64,000 bases of DNA from Felis catus (GCF_018350175.1 NC_058369.1:24740001-24804000); one strand, 5' to 3'. Shown: positions 1-13,164, numbered from the stretch's first letter. The notes: generated by a model from the letters alone, not told the origin. Numbers and translations: made by a program.

Positions 1-1427
1 GTGTCCGACTTTGGCTCAAGTCATGATCTCACGGTTTGTGGGTTCAAGCCCTGCGTCGGGCTCTGTGCTGACAGCTCAGAGACTGGAGCCTGCTTCAGAT
101 TGTGTCTCCATCTCTCTCTCTGATCCTCCCCTGACCATGCTCTGTCTCTCTGTCTCTCAAAAATAAACGTTAAAAAAAAAAACACAAAGTGAAAATATTA
201 ATAATGACATTCAGTGCAAGAAAAGGAGAGTGATGAAATTAAGAAATTTGTGATAGGGACACCTGGGTGGCTCAGTCAGTAAGGCGTCCAACTCTGACCT
301 CAGATCTCACAGTTTAGGAGATCGAGCCCCATGTCAGGCTCTGTGCTGGCAGTGTGGAGCCTACTTGGGACTCTCTCTTTCCCTCTCTCTCTGCCCTTCT
401 CCCATGCACACATGCACTCTCTCCCTCTCTCAAAATAAAACCACATTTAATAAAAAGAAATTTGTGACAAAACTTCTCAATTCATTTTTATGCAGCTTTA
501 CTTTTTTGGCTAAGATTTATTTCACGAATTATTGAATGAGCTTAGAAGGAGTAATGAAATGTATGTATATGCCATTAAGCAAGCTGCTCTTTCCATTAAC
601 TAAGAAAAGAATCTGAAGGTGGGGATTTAGGAAGGAAAGAAACTCAGCCAGATTCTAATTTCGTTTCCTTTCTATGTATGCTTTTTCTTTCTTTCTTTCT
701 TTTTTTTTTTTTTTGACATAAATTTGTTTGAACTCAATCAGCACTCCTTTTGTGAAGGAAATGTATGAAATGAAGGGGGTTTGAGAACTGGGCCAGTGTC
801 TATGGCAACACAACATTTTAAGGAATGGCAGTGCACATCAATCTTCCCTATCTGATGGCAAAAGAGAAGAGCTAGATGTATGTCTGGAGAAAGGTGGCAA
901 TCAGCTTCAATTTGTCTTGTGTAAATAGAGATTCTCTTAATTTCAATGGAAGTTCAAAGCTTTTCATTTTTGTCTTTCCTGCCTACATAAATGCTCACCA
1001 AGGAAGCATTACACCTAGAGAAAATTCTCACAATTTGTAATTGCTTTATCTTTTCTCTCTTGTTAGTTACATGTTGTGAATACTGTAGGAAGGTCTCGTT
1101 GTTAACACTAATTATTTAAACCCTGATTTATTATTTAGCTTTGCAAATGTCAGTTTCCATATGTTTCTCTTTCCACACCTAACTTTGAAGATTATAGACA
1201 AGGTAAAGATACATATATCAAAATTTTTAGTTACTAAATAATTCCAGGGGTGCCTGGGTGGCTCAGTTGGTTAAGCATCCAACTCTTGATTTCAGCTCAG
1301 GTTGTGATCTCACAGTTGTGAGATTGAACCCCATGTTAGGCTCAGCAGTGGGTGTGGAGCCTGCCTTAGATTCCCTCTCCCTCTCTCTCTGTCCTTCCCC
1401 TGCTCTCAATGCACACACTCTCTCTCA

Positions 1428-1492
1428 AAAATAAAATAAAATAAAATAAAATAAAATAAAATAAAATAAAATAAAATAAAATAAAATAAAAT
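1428..1492. repeat. (AAAAT)n microsatellite from a SINE tail; others include (CA)n 2196-2240, (GAAA)n 4633-4690, (AAAT)n 18993-19036, (GA)n 21591-21635, (TA)n 47928-47953, (CTTT)n 52100-52157
   Basis: Directly visible. Confidence 0.95.
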
Positions 1493-1957
1493 ATTCCAAT
1501 CTTACACAAACTCTCCAGAGCATAAAAGAAAATGAGCCAGGTCATTTTATAAACTTAATATAACCTTGATATCAAAACAAAATAAGGAACATTCAGGAAA
1601 AGGAAGTTCCAGGCCAATTATATTCACTTATACATCAAAACAAGAATCCTAAAAAAAAGATTGGTAAACTAAACTATATACTACCATAATGAGCAAGTTT
1701 GATTTACCCAAGAAATCTAAGATTGGTCTAACCTTAGAATAATCTGTTAGTGTACTTAATGACATTTATAGATTAAAGAAGAAAAAAAATCATATAATTA
1801 ACTCAGTAGTTTCAGAAAAAATGTTTGATAAAATTTAATGCATCCTTTCAAAATAAAAGTGAGCTTCTTTAACCTGTAAAAGGATGACTACAGAATATCT
1901 ACAACAAATATCCTTCACAATGGCAAGACCTTGACCATTCTTTTTTTTTTTTTTTTT

Positions 1958-1996
<39 letters not shown>

Positions 1997-2195
1997 CTCA
2001 CGCGCGCATGAGTGGGGCAGGGGCAGAAAGAGAGGGAGACACAGAATCCAAAGCAGGCTCCAGGCTCTGACCTGTCAGCTCCATGTGGGGTTGGAACTCA
2101 CCAATTGTGAGATCATGATCTAAGCCAAAGTTGGACAGTCAACTGACTGAGCCACCCAGGCATCCCCTTTTATTTTTAATGTTTATTTATTTTGA

Positions 2196-2242
<47 letters not shown>

Positions 2243-3943
2243 GGAAAGGAAGAGAGAGAGAATCTCAAACAGGCTCTGTGTGCTATCAGCAGAGCCCCAT
2301 GCAGGGCTCAACCCCACAAACTGTGAGATCATGACCTGAGCTGAAATCAAGAGTCAGACATTTAACTGACTGAGCCACGCAGAAGTCCCAAGATCTTGAG
2401 CATTCTTATTAAAACAAAAGTAAGTCAAGCCCACCCTCTATTATCACCTCTATTTAGCATTACACCAGAGATCCTAACCAGATGAGTAAGAGATGGAAAA
2501 GAAATAAAAGTATTGAAATTAGATAGTAAAAAAACAAAACAAAACAAATTGGGGGCAGTTGGATACCTCAATCAGTTAAGTGTCTGACTTCAGCTCAGGT
2601 CATGATCTCATGGTTCATGCATTCGAGACTCACGTCAGTCTCTGTGCTGACAGCTTGGAGCCTGGAACCTGCTTCAGATTCTGTGTCTCCCTCTCTTTCT
2701 GCCCCTCCCCTGCTCACACTCTGTCTCTCTCTCAAAAATAAATAAACATTTTTAAAAAATTGAAAAATAAAAAAAATTAAAATAAGTTGTATTTATTTGA
2801 AAATGATATAATTGTTTAAAAGAATCTACAAATTCCTGAAATTTGTAAAGTTATGAGATGTAACCTGTAAGATTAATAAACAGACATGAGTAACAAAGAT
2901 TCAATATTGGTTTCAAAAAGATACTCTTTACAGACACAAACACAACTATAAAGATACCATTTGCAAAGCCAAAACTGAGATAATTTTAATTTAATCTAGC
3001 AAATATGCTTAAAACTTCTATGAAGAAAATCGTAACATTTTTTGAAAGACATTTAAAAGTAACTCAGATGAAGAGGTATGCCTGTTTGTGGACAGGAAGC
3101 CTCTATATCAAAAAGATTTCAGTTCTCCCTTACCTGACCTATAGATTCAGTGCAATTCCTGTCAAGGAACTTGACAAGCTAATATTAAAATATATATGGA
3201 AGGGAAAAGACCTCCCAAGATTAAAATCAAAGTGGGAAGATCTGCCATGCTGGAAATCAAGATTTATTTTAAAGCTTTAGTAATTTAGACAATGAAGTAT
3301 TAAGGTAAGGAAATATACTGGTGAGGAGAAGGGAATAAACAAATCGGCCCAACACACTATGTAACGTTGACGTATGAGAGAAGTGGCATTGTAGAACAAT
3401 GGAGGAAGCACTCCAAATTCATCCCACACACAAAAATCAGTTACTGGTGGATGAGATTTTAATGTAAGAAACACAATTTTTAGGGCAGGGAGAGATGAAT
3501 AGATAGAACACAGAGGATTTTTAAAGCAGTGGAAGACCTCTGTATGTCATAATGATGGTTATATATCATTTTACATTTGTCTGAATGCCCAGAATATACA
3601 ACACCAAGAGTGAACCCTAATGTAAACTATGGACTTTGGGTGATTGTAATGTGTTGGTGTGGCTTCTTTAATTGTAGCAAATGTACGAGTCTGGTGGGGG
3701 AGACTGATAGAGGGGAGGCTATGTATGTGTGAGGACAAGGCGTATGTGGGAAATCTCTGTACCTTCTTCTCAGTTTTGCTGTAAACTTAAAATTGCTCTT
3801 AAAAATTGTCTTTAAATCAAAACACACACGTACAATATAGGAACTTCCTTAACAGAGAAAAGTTCCTTAAGAGACAACATATGCAAATAATAAAGGAAAA
3901 TATTTACATATTTTACTACATGAAGATTAAGAATTTCTGTTAA

Positions 3944-4216
3944 TAAAATTGGTACAGCCACTATGGAGAACAGTATGGAGTTTCCTCAAAAAACTAAAAA
4001 TAGAACTACCCTAGGATCCAGCAATTGCATTACTAGGTATTTACCCAAAAGATTAAAAAAACACAAATTTGAAGGGGTACATGTACCCCAATGTTTATAG
4101 CAGCATTATCAACAGCCAAACTATGGAGAGAACCCAAATATTCATTGACTGCTGAATGGCTAAAGAAGATGTGGTACACACACGCGCGCGCGCGCGCGGG
4201 CGTGCGCGCGCGCGCG

Positions 4217-4255
<39 letters not shown>

Positions 4256-4648
4256 AAATATCACTCAGCCATCAGAAAGAACAAAATCCTCTTGCCATTT
4301 GCAAGGACATGGAGGGAGCGAGAATGAATCATGCTAAGTGAAATAAGTCAATCAGAGAAAGACAAATACCATATGATTTCACTCAAATGTGGAATTTAAG
4401 AAATGAAACAAATGAACATATGGGAAGGTGGGGGAAGAGGAGAGAGGGAAACAAACCACAAGAGACTCAATGATACAGAACAAACTGAGGGTTGATGGAG
4501 GGAAGTGGGTGGGAGATGGACTCTAGATGAGTGATGAGCACTGGGTGTTGAATGTAAGTGATGAATCATTGAATTCTCCTGAAATGAATATTGCACTGTA
4601 TGTTAAATAACTAAAATTTAAATTAAAAAATAAGAAAGAAAGAAAGAG

Positions 4649-4687
<39 letters not shown>
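3944..4687 (+). mobile_element. 5'-truncated carnivore L1 3' end with (GAAA)n tail
   Basis: ORF2 C-terminal motif MFIAALSTAKLW; 15-bp TSD AAGAATTTCTGTTAA at 3929-3943 and 4688-4702. Confidence 0.9.
4176..4252. repeat. Compound (CA)n(CG)n(CA)n microsatellite
   Basis: Directly visible alternating purine-pyrimidine tract inside the L1 fragment. Confidence 0.95.
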
Positions 4688-4691
<4 letters not shown>

Positions 4692-5352
4692 ATTTCTGTT
4701 AACAATACACCATAAAGGGAAAAGATAGTTCACAAACTGAGAGCAAAAATGTGCAGTGCATGTAAGCCACCAAGGATTAGTATTCAGAGTACCTGTAAGA
4801 ATATGTGAATAAGAAACAGACAACCCAATATAAAGAGGAAAATGCATAATCTAACATAGAAAGGAGCAAAATATAAATGAATTTTCACGGAAGAGGATAT
4901 ACAAATACTAAAAATATAAAGAGATAAAAAAACCTCATCAATAATCAGGAAAATGCTAACTAAAACAAACAAGATACCATTATATATCTTTCAGATTGGC
5001 AAAAACGAACACATCTGAAATACCAAAAGTTGATGAGGATTGGGAACAAGAGAAATGCCTGTGCAATGCTGGTAGGAGTAAAATAGGAAACAATTTAAAA
5101 AACAGTTTGGTCCTCTCTGATAAAGTTGAGTCTGTATGACCAGAAATAGGTACAGAATTATTATAGCACCATTGCTTATGAGCAAAAAATAAAAACTAAC
5201 AGACAAAAAGATCATGTAAGCAACCTAACTGTTCATTAATAGGTAAATGGATTTTTTTGTGTGTGTGATATGTTCAAATAAGTAAGTTTTATACAGCAGT
5301 GGAAGGAGTTCAAGAACAAATCAAAAACTACAGAATACACTGCTAGGAATAT

Positions 5353-5860
5353 TTTATTAGTTCGCTAGGGCTGCCATAACAAAGTAACATAAAACAACAG
5401 AAATTTATTTTCTCACAATTCTGTAGCCTAGAAGCCCAAGATGAATGTCTGAGCAAAATTGGTTTCTTCTGAAGTCAGTCTCATTGGCTTGCAGATGGCT
5501 GTCTTCTCCCTGTGTCTCACATGGTCTTTCCTCTGTGCATACATATCTGTGTCCAAATTTCCTCTTCTTATAGGGACTCTAGTCATACTGGTTTAAAGTC
5601 CACTCTAATTATCTCATTTTAACTTTATTATCTCTTTGAAGACTCTATCTCCAAATAGTAATATTCTTTTTTTTTAAATCCTTTTGTTTTTTAGTAGCCT
5701 GTGTGCCCAATATGAGGCTTGAACTCACAACCCCCAGATCAAGAATCACATGCTCTACCCAATGAGGCAGCCAGTTGCCCCCAAATAGTCATATTCTAAA
5801 GTACTGGAGGTTAGGACTTCAAAATATGGATTTGGGGGGAACAGAATTCAGCCCATAACA
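5353..5860 (-). mobile_element. MaLR (MLT1-type) solo LTR with a short SINE inserted
   Basis: tattagtt...agggctgccataacaaagt start and ...aattcagcccataaca end, typical of MLT1. Confidence 0.8.
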
Positions 5861-6100
5861 GATATCTACATTTAAGTAAAGCTACAATGAAAAGCAAAAA
5901 AATAAAATAGATAGCTAAAATTTATCTTCTTGGTCTTCTTGGTGGCTGGGAGAAGGATGAGCCCAGGAAGGAGCACACCAGAGACTCCAATGGTCTTTGT
6001 GAAGATATGCTTCTTATGTGAATACCCTGATGTTCACTGATTGTATCCATTATGTATGTCCTCTGTGTGCTTGAAATTTTCAAAAAATAAGCTTCTTTTA

Positions 6101-6160
6101 AAAAAGAAAAATAGAACACACATATGTCAGAAAAAGAAAAATAGAACATACATATGTCAG
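6101..6160. repeat. 30-bp tandem duplication (2 copies, 1 mismatch)
   Basis: AAAAAGAAAAATAGAACAyACATATGTCAG x2. Confidence 0.95.
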
Positions 6161-6468
6161 AATGGTTTTGGTTGCATGCAACAGAAATCCAACCAGATTA
6201 GCTCAAGTGCAAGGGGAAATTATTGGCTTAATATCTGAGAATAATAGAAGTCAAGATTGCTTAAACATGGATGGATCCTACCTAGGACATGAATGTTGTC
6301 ATCAGATTCCTTGCTTGTTCACTCTCTCCTCTCATGCATGTTTCCTTCCATCCATAGACAAAGAAGTCCAAGAAGTTCCTTTGGTTTTGAACACAAAATG
6401 TGTTCTGTTCCTCTGAAGATTCTTCATTGTCAAATTATCATTCCTTTTAAAATTATTTAGACTACTTT

Positions 6469-6696
6469 ATTTTTTTTTCTTTTTTCTTTTTTTAATATTT
6501 ATTTATTTTTGGGACAGAGAGAGACAGAGCATGAACGGGGGAGGGGCAGAGAGAGAGGGAGACACAGAATCGGAAACAAGCTCCAGGCTCTGAGCCATCA
6601 GCCCAGAGCCCGACGCGGGGCTCGAACTCCCGGACCGCGAGATCGTGACCTGGCTGAAGTCGGACGCTTAACCGACTGCGCCACCCAGGCGCCCCC
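6469..6696 (-). mobile_element. Young felid-type CanSINE with target-site duplication (TSD)
   Basis: CpG-rich, near-consensus body; TAGACTACTTTA repeated at 6458 and 6697. Confidence 0.9.
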
Positions 6697-6789
6697 TAGA
6701 CTACTTTAAAATGTAATAGTAAATTAGCGTCCTAGATAAATGTTTATACCTCACGAATGCTTTTAAAAATCTATAAACAGAGAACATTT

Positions 6790-7030
6790 TGACAAGGGAG
6801 CATAAGGGAAGCTGAGGGCAAAGCACAAGACCACCCCCCACCCCCATCTCCAGGTGAGATATGTGTGATATTCTTCAGGTCCTGGCTACCCAAGAATAAA
6901 AGAAAGGACAGAAAACAAATGGTTAAACTGATTAGAGTCCAGTTTACAAATATCTTGGTAAATTACAAAAAAAAAAAAAAAAGGCAATCTTATCAATAGC
7001 CTAATCTCTAGGTACTCCCTACTATCTTAA
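6790..7030 (+). mobile_element. 5' fragment of an ERV LTR, same family as 8127-8818
   Basis: Aligns by eye to the reverse complement of about 8590-8818 (aagctgagggcaaa; cccaagaa; aaaacaaatggttaa; ggcaatyttatcaatagcctaa). Confidence 0.8.
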
Positions 7031-7490
7031 CTCTCTCTAAATAAATAAATAAACTTAAAAAAAAAAAAAAGATGTGAATAAAGCATCAAGATACATAGAA
7101 TTGCATTATATCTCCTTCTTTGCAACTCTTCAGGATATAGTATTTTGTACACTGGTACAAGAAGGAAGGAAATATTAAAAATCAATTACAATACATTCAG
7201 AATTTATACATGGTATGTACCAAGTACTACATTTATTGAGTACCTACTATGTGCTATTAACTACATGTTGAACCACATTGTATGCAATTTCTCCCACATT
7301 TTTCTCTGGCGGAACTAAATTTAAGCAGGTCAAAAGCTTCTCTATGGAGGCAAAAAATAGATCAGTGGTTGCCTGGGGGTGGTGGAGGGAGTGTGGATGA
7401 AATCTCATTTGTTTTTGAAATTGGATTTTTAAGATTGATTGGCTTGCCTAATCAACAACAAACATTTTTCAGTCCATTTACATATAATTA

Positions 7491-8053
7491 CAGTTGACAC
7501 TTGAACAACTAGGTTTAAACTGCATGGGTCCACTTCTATGTGCATTTTTTTCCCAATAAACATGGCTTTGTACTGTAAGTATATTTTCTCTTCCTTATGA
7601 TTTTCTTTCTTTCTTTTTTAATGTTTATTTATTTCTGAGAGAGAGAGAGACAGAGTGCAAGCAAGCAGACACAGAGGTAGACACAGAATGCAAAGCAGGC
7701 TCCAGGCTCTGACCTGTCAGCGCAAAGCCCAACACAGGGCTCTAACTCGCGAACCGTGAGATCATGACCTGAGCAGATGCCCAACCGATTGTGCCACCCA
7801 GGGCCCCCTCTTCCTTATGATTTTCTTAATAACATTTTCTTTTCTCTAGCTTACTTCCTTTTAAAAATACAGTATACAATACACATGACATGTAAAATAT
7901 GTGTTAATTGACTGCTTATGTTATCTGTAAGGCTTCTAGTCAACGGTAGGCTATTCTATTAGTAAAGTTTGAGGGAGTCAGAATTTATATGTGGATTTCC
8001 AACTGTGCAGAGGATTGGTGTCCCTAATCCCTGTGTTCTTCAAGAGTCAACTG
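7491..8053. mobile_element. Tigger2-like (TcMar) non-autonomous DNA transposon containing a CanSINE
   Basis: Terminal inverted repeats CAGTTGACacTTGAA...TTCAAgaGTCAACTG flanked by TA dinucleotides; the internal SINE has TSD ctcttccttatgattttctt. Confidence 0.85.
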
Positions 8054-8126
8054 TACTCTTTCAGGTTACCGTTGTTTCAAGAAATGCATATAAATCTTAG
8101 AGGGAACATTTTGGAATGATGGTGGT

Positions 8127-8818
8127 TGGTGCAGTTTTGGAGTAGTGGTGGGGGTCCAGAGCCAATGGCCAAAAAAGAATTCTTGAGACATCATTGGTGC
8201 AAAAAAGGGGATTTTGTTAAGATATGGGCACAGGACCTATGGGCAGAAAGCTGCACTGGGGTTGTGAGGATTGACTGACGATATACCTGGGAGTTAGGGT
8301 GGGTAAAAGAAAAAGGGAGTTTTCCAAAAGGACTTCCACATGATATTGTGGAATAGCTAGATACTAGAGACCCAGCTATTGTCAAGCTAAGGTTGTTTTT
8401 CCCTCTAGCAAAGCATTAATACAGCAGGGATTTCCTGGAGAAATGTTATACTCTGCATGCCTCAAGTATTTGTCAGTGGGCTGCAGGTTATAAGGAAATC
8501 TAATTTTATCTACATTTTCTTCTTGCCTTTGTTCCCCACCTCACTATGGAGGGGAGGGTGATGTTAACACTCCAGGAAATTTATTCTATAGGTTTCTGGA
8601 GGTTAGGCTATTGATAAAATTGCCTTTTTCTTGGAATTTACTGAGACATTTGTAAACCAATGGAGACTCAAGTCCTGCATGACTGTGGTCTCTATCAATT
8701 AACCATTTGTTTTTCCCCTTTCTTTGTTCTTGGGCAGCCAGGAGTGCCCTGGGGGTGGGGGGTGGTGCAGGATGTTAGTTCCTGTTTTGCCCTCAGCTTG
8801 CCTTTGGCTCCCTCATCA
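8127..8818 (-). mobile_element. Carnivore ERV solo LTR (692 bp)
   Basis: TG...CA termini; 5-bp TSD GTGGT at 8122-8126 and 8819-8823. Orientation is inferred. Confidence 0.8.
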
Positions 8819-8954
8819 GTGGTGATGAATGACTTCTCAAAAGGTTTTCCCCAAATCCAGTGAATTGAAAAATAAGGCCCAATGTGATCATGAAACTTTG
8901 TACTAATGGTAAAAATGCTCATGTATATCAACTATTATGTAAAATAAGTATTTG

Positions 8955-9529
8955 TGTCACCAGCCAGACCCCAAGACCTGGCCTTTACTGCCAAACCGCA
9001 TGTGTGCTCACTAACTTTTGTCTTACATTTTTCCCTAAGCTCTTCTGTCCTGCTTACGTCTAGACTCAGGCCAATGAAACCCAGAAGTCCGCCTGACAAG
9101 ACCTCCTGCAGGCCCAGGCCACCACATCGTTTGAGCCAAACCTGACTTGCACCTGCGCAGATGGACCATGGCATGACCTCTGGAATGACCTACGATTACC
9201 TTTACCTCATTGTAATACTAAAATCTCTTCCCAAGAAGGAGACTTAGCCTCATTTACATAACACACAATTATGTATAGGCATGTTTCCTTAAGGAGCATG
9301 CGTGACCTTAAGCCTGTCTCTACGGAGGATGCTAAGGCTTGCCTATCTAAATATTCATCCTAACCCTAAACAAAAGGAATCCATTCACCATCTCTCTGGG
9401 GGAATCATGGCTTTGGAAGCCATTCTCTTGATCTCCTCACTTGCTGCAAATAAGTTTTCTTTGTGAGATAACTCAACCCGGTGTGATTTTTGACTCACCA
9501 AGGAGTGCACTCATATTGGTTCGGTTACG
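8955..9529 (+). mobile_element. ERV1-class solo LTR (575 bp)
   Basis: Starts TGTCACC and ends GGTTACG (inverted-repeat ends, terminal CA decayed to CG); 4-bp TSD TTTG; AAATAAG polyA-like signal near the 3' end. Confidence 0.7.
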
Positions 9530-12500
9530 TTTGTGTATGAGAAATGTTTCTCAAAAACAATTACAAAATTTGATTTGGGTTTTCATGACTATTTTATCTT
9601 ACAGTTAATAAAGTATTGCCAGAATTTTTAAAGCTCAAGCAATAATTATGTCTATGATCAACATTTAATTCTATTTAGTAGACAAATTTTAAGGTGTCAT
9701 ATTTAATTAATGATTACACACACAACTATGAAAACATCTTATCTTGGCTCTTGCGGTTTCTGCACATTTTATGTAATTGTTCTCCACAGAGAATAGTCCA
9801 CTTAAAGTAAAATTCTTGAACTTGATTTAAATTGTTTTTTCTTTATTGTGAGTTATATAAAATCACTCTTATACTATAGAAAGTTACATCTTGATAAAAT
9901 TGGACTTAATTTTTACTGCAAAGTTTGTATTCAACCTTCAGATATGTATCAGTCAAAATATACAAAAAATGTAATCTTTTGTGTCCTCAAAAAAGTAGGT
10001 GACCTCACTAAACCCACATTTAAATACTTCCTTTATTAATTGAAGTATACTGATATCACAAATAGGAGCAGGTAGAGTCACCTATGAAACTGTACTTGTG
10101 TCAAACTTGCTAGATGATAAAAGCAAAGAAGCCCCATATTCAAGAGCTGCTGTTACTAGGGTATATCACAGGCTCTCTCCAGCCACAGACCTTTTGCACA
10201 CACTGTTTGCATGTTTGCCAGACTCTTTGTTCATCCCTCATATCTCAGTTCTGGCATCTCTTCCTGTAGGAAATCTATTCGCAGGCCCAAAGTCAGACCA
10301 GACTCCCTTGTTATATGCTCTCCAGTCTCCAAGAGGCATTCATTTCCTTCAGAGCATTTCCTTGGTTTGCAATTGCATAATCATTAAGTTAAATGTTGAA
10401 TTAATGCCGATCTCCCACAGTTCTACCCACCAGGGGAGCAGCGTCCTTGTCTCATTTTGCTCCTTATTGATTGTATCTCTTTTTACTAACAAGTGCCTGG
10501 CACAGAGCAACCACATAAAGTATTCTTTGAAGGAGGAAAGAAAGAAAAGAAAAACAGCACACTAGATTATTTTCCTGAAGCCATCTTTCTTTGGGTCCAG
10601 CCAATCTCACTGAAGGAGGGAATAAGGGGTGATGGAAGTCACACATTCAGAAAGCAATTTGATTGTGACCATGTGCCTTGAGGCAAGCCAATCAGACCTG
10701 TTCTCTCCCAGGAATTTAAATATTGAGGGGATTATACTGGTCAAATGCCTGAGGTCCTACGAAGACAAGCTGTCAGCTTTTGTTCCATCGGGCCCTGTCT
10801 GAGCCTTTGGGTCTTTGGGCCTTTGGGCCTTTCAGTCTGAGACAGGGTTCTTCAACTTGCCTTTAAATCCTGTGAGCTACTCCCAAATTGTTTATTTTTA
10901 CTTAAATTAGCCAGAGTTCCTTTCTTTTGCTCATAGCCAAAGAACCCAAACGGTTATATTTTCCCAGCTCCTTTACCCTAACCAGATGTAAAGACTTCTG
11001 TATTACAGCACTTCTCAAGGCTAGGGATTGATGCTTTCAGTTTTAAAATTATAGCTAAAGGAATACGTTTCATTTAACCTGCACACATGCTCAAACACGA
11101 TGGTTGCTTGGACCTATTGTTTTGAACTGACCCAGGCCACACCCTTTTCCAGTCATCCCTCTAGTGCATTTCTAGCACAACTTCTGTGAAACCCCCTTCA
11201 TTTCCAAGCTGGGATGTGTGGCTTCTTTTACATCCAGATAACGCTTCTCAAAATTCAAACAGCTTTTTAAACCCCACGTCCCTAAAACATAAAACTTCAG
11301 TTCCATAAACACCCTCATTTCTCTGGAGCTTACCTACCTCCACCCCATCCTTCCTCCTTCCCTCCTGTCTCTTCGAGTGAGAGACTCCTTCCTCATCAAG
11401 GCAATCTGCCACCTCTGCCCTCCTGTCTGTCTCTTATGGTCCCATCCTCTCAACAGTCACAGCTCATTTAATGAGCCAGGCACAGTTCCAAGCACTTTGC
11501 CTGTGTTACGTCCTTAAGTCTTGACAAAGCCTTATAAGGTAGGGAGTACTATTGCAGATCCGGGAAATAAGGCTCAGAGAAGTTAATAACTCTAAGTTCA
11601 GTGTACAACGTTTGGCCCACACAATTCAGCTCCTGGACATGTATGTGTTCTGAAACACATGCTTTTCTATGCTATTCTGTCTCAGTGTTTTTCAAATTTC
11701 TCAATACCTGCACCCTCTCCCCAAAATAAAAGTTTTTCTGGGTGCTGCATCTTCCTATGGCCTTCTTCTCTTCACTTTCTAGTCTGCACCAAAGCCACTG
11801 TAGTCTACCTTCTGCTCTTTTGATCCCACTAAATCTACTACAATTCTCATCACAAAGGTGCTCTCCCACACACAGAGTACCTTATAACTATTGAATTCAT
11901 CCAGCCGTTCACCAATCGGTTTTGAGCACCCATTCTGTTTCAGAAACTGCAGAATATGCACTGGCTGAACAAAACAGATAAGATCCCTTCCATCATGTGC
12001 ATGAGACCATCAGGGACCCCGTACCTGCCAGGTCCAGGGACCACTTTGGCCACTTCTCAATTTTTCTCCTATTTGATGTCCGCAGCACTGGTCATGCCAA
12101 CCATTTCCTCCTTGAAATTTCAGGTTTTGGCTTCCATGAAGCCTCATATACCTGCTTTCCCTCTTCTTCCAGGACCACACTTTCTCAATCACTTTGATAA
12201 GTTCCTCTTCCTTACTATCAATCCCTTTAACGATGGAGTTGCTCAGAGTTCTACCACGGAGCACTTCAATAAGCCCAAAACTCAATCTTCCTTTCTCCCT
12301 TTTATAGCTTTCCTTCCTTATTCCTTGTTCTCATTAATAGCAAGATGTCACATCCAATCTCCCTCTCCTTTTATGCCCCCACACTCTTATCCACCGGTCA
12401 GGAAATTCTGATAGTATTTGTCATCTTTAGAAGTGCAATCTGAGGGGGAGGCCTGGGTGGCTCAGTCGGTTAAGTGTATGACTTCGGCTCAGGTCATGAC

Positions 12501-13164
12501 CTCACAGTTTGTGGGTTCGAGCCCCGCATCAGGCTCTGTGCTGAATGCTTGCTAGGAGTCTGCTTCAGACTCTGTCTCCTTCTCTCTCTGCCCCTCCTCC
12601 ACTCGCACTCTGTCTCGCTCTGTCTCCCAAAAATAAATAAATGTAAAAAAAATAAATTAAAAAAATATAGAAGCTCAATCTGAGGGGCCTGGCTGGCTTA
12701 GGGGGTGGTGTGGACGACCCTTGACCTCAGGGTTGTGAGTTCAAGCCTCATGTTGAGTGTAGAGATTACTTAAAAATAAAACCTTAAGAAAGTAAGTAAA
12801 CAAATAAAATAAATATTTTATTTTTAGGTAATCTCCTCATTCAAAGTGGGGCTTGAACTCACAACCCTGAGATCAAGAGTCCCATGTTCCACCATGAGCC
12901 AGCTTGGTGCCCCTCAAATAAGATCTTTTTTTAAAAATTTTTTAAAAATGTTTATTTTTGAAGGGGGGGGGCAAACTGCAAGCAGGGGGAGGGGCAGAGA
13001 GGGAGGAAGACAAAGATTAGGAAGCAGGCTCCAGGCTCTGAGCTGTCAGCACAGAGCCCGACGTGGGGCTCGAACCCACAAACTGTGAGATCATGACCTG
13101 AGCCGAAGTTGGTTGCTCAACTGACTGAGCCACCCAGGCGCCCCTCAAGTAAAATCTTAAAAAA

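Larger units (their letters stand above)
1495..5300 (+). mobile_element. Old, fragmented L1 (ORF2 to 3' region) interrupted by SINEs and younger L1 ends
   Basis: The ORF 3005..3280 peptide (ISVLPYLTYRFSAIPVK...ELDKLILKYIWK) is a decayed L1 ORF2 segment. 3480-3815 resembles an L1MC-type 3' UTR. Confidence 0.75.

Noticed and set aside
256..340. tRNA-like A/B boxes in SINE heads
   Set aside because: tRNA-derived SINE promoters, not tRNA genes; each is followed by a CT tract and poly(A) tail.
10098..10565. 155-aa ORF
   Set aside because: No recognisable protein; composition resembles a decayed L2-type repeat; no splice support.
11956..12411. 151-aa ORF
   Set aside because: Lies in L2-like sequence and has no protein family resemblance.
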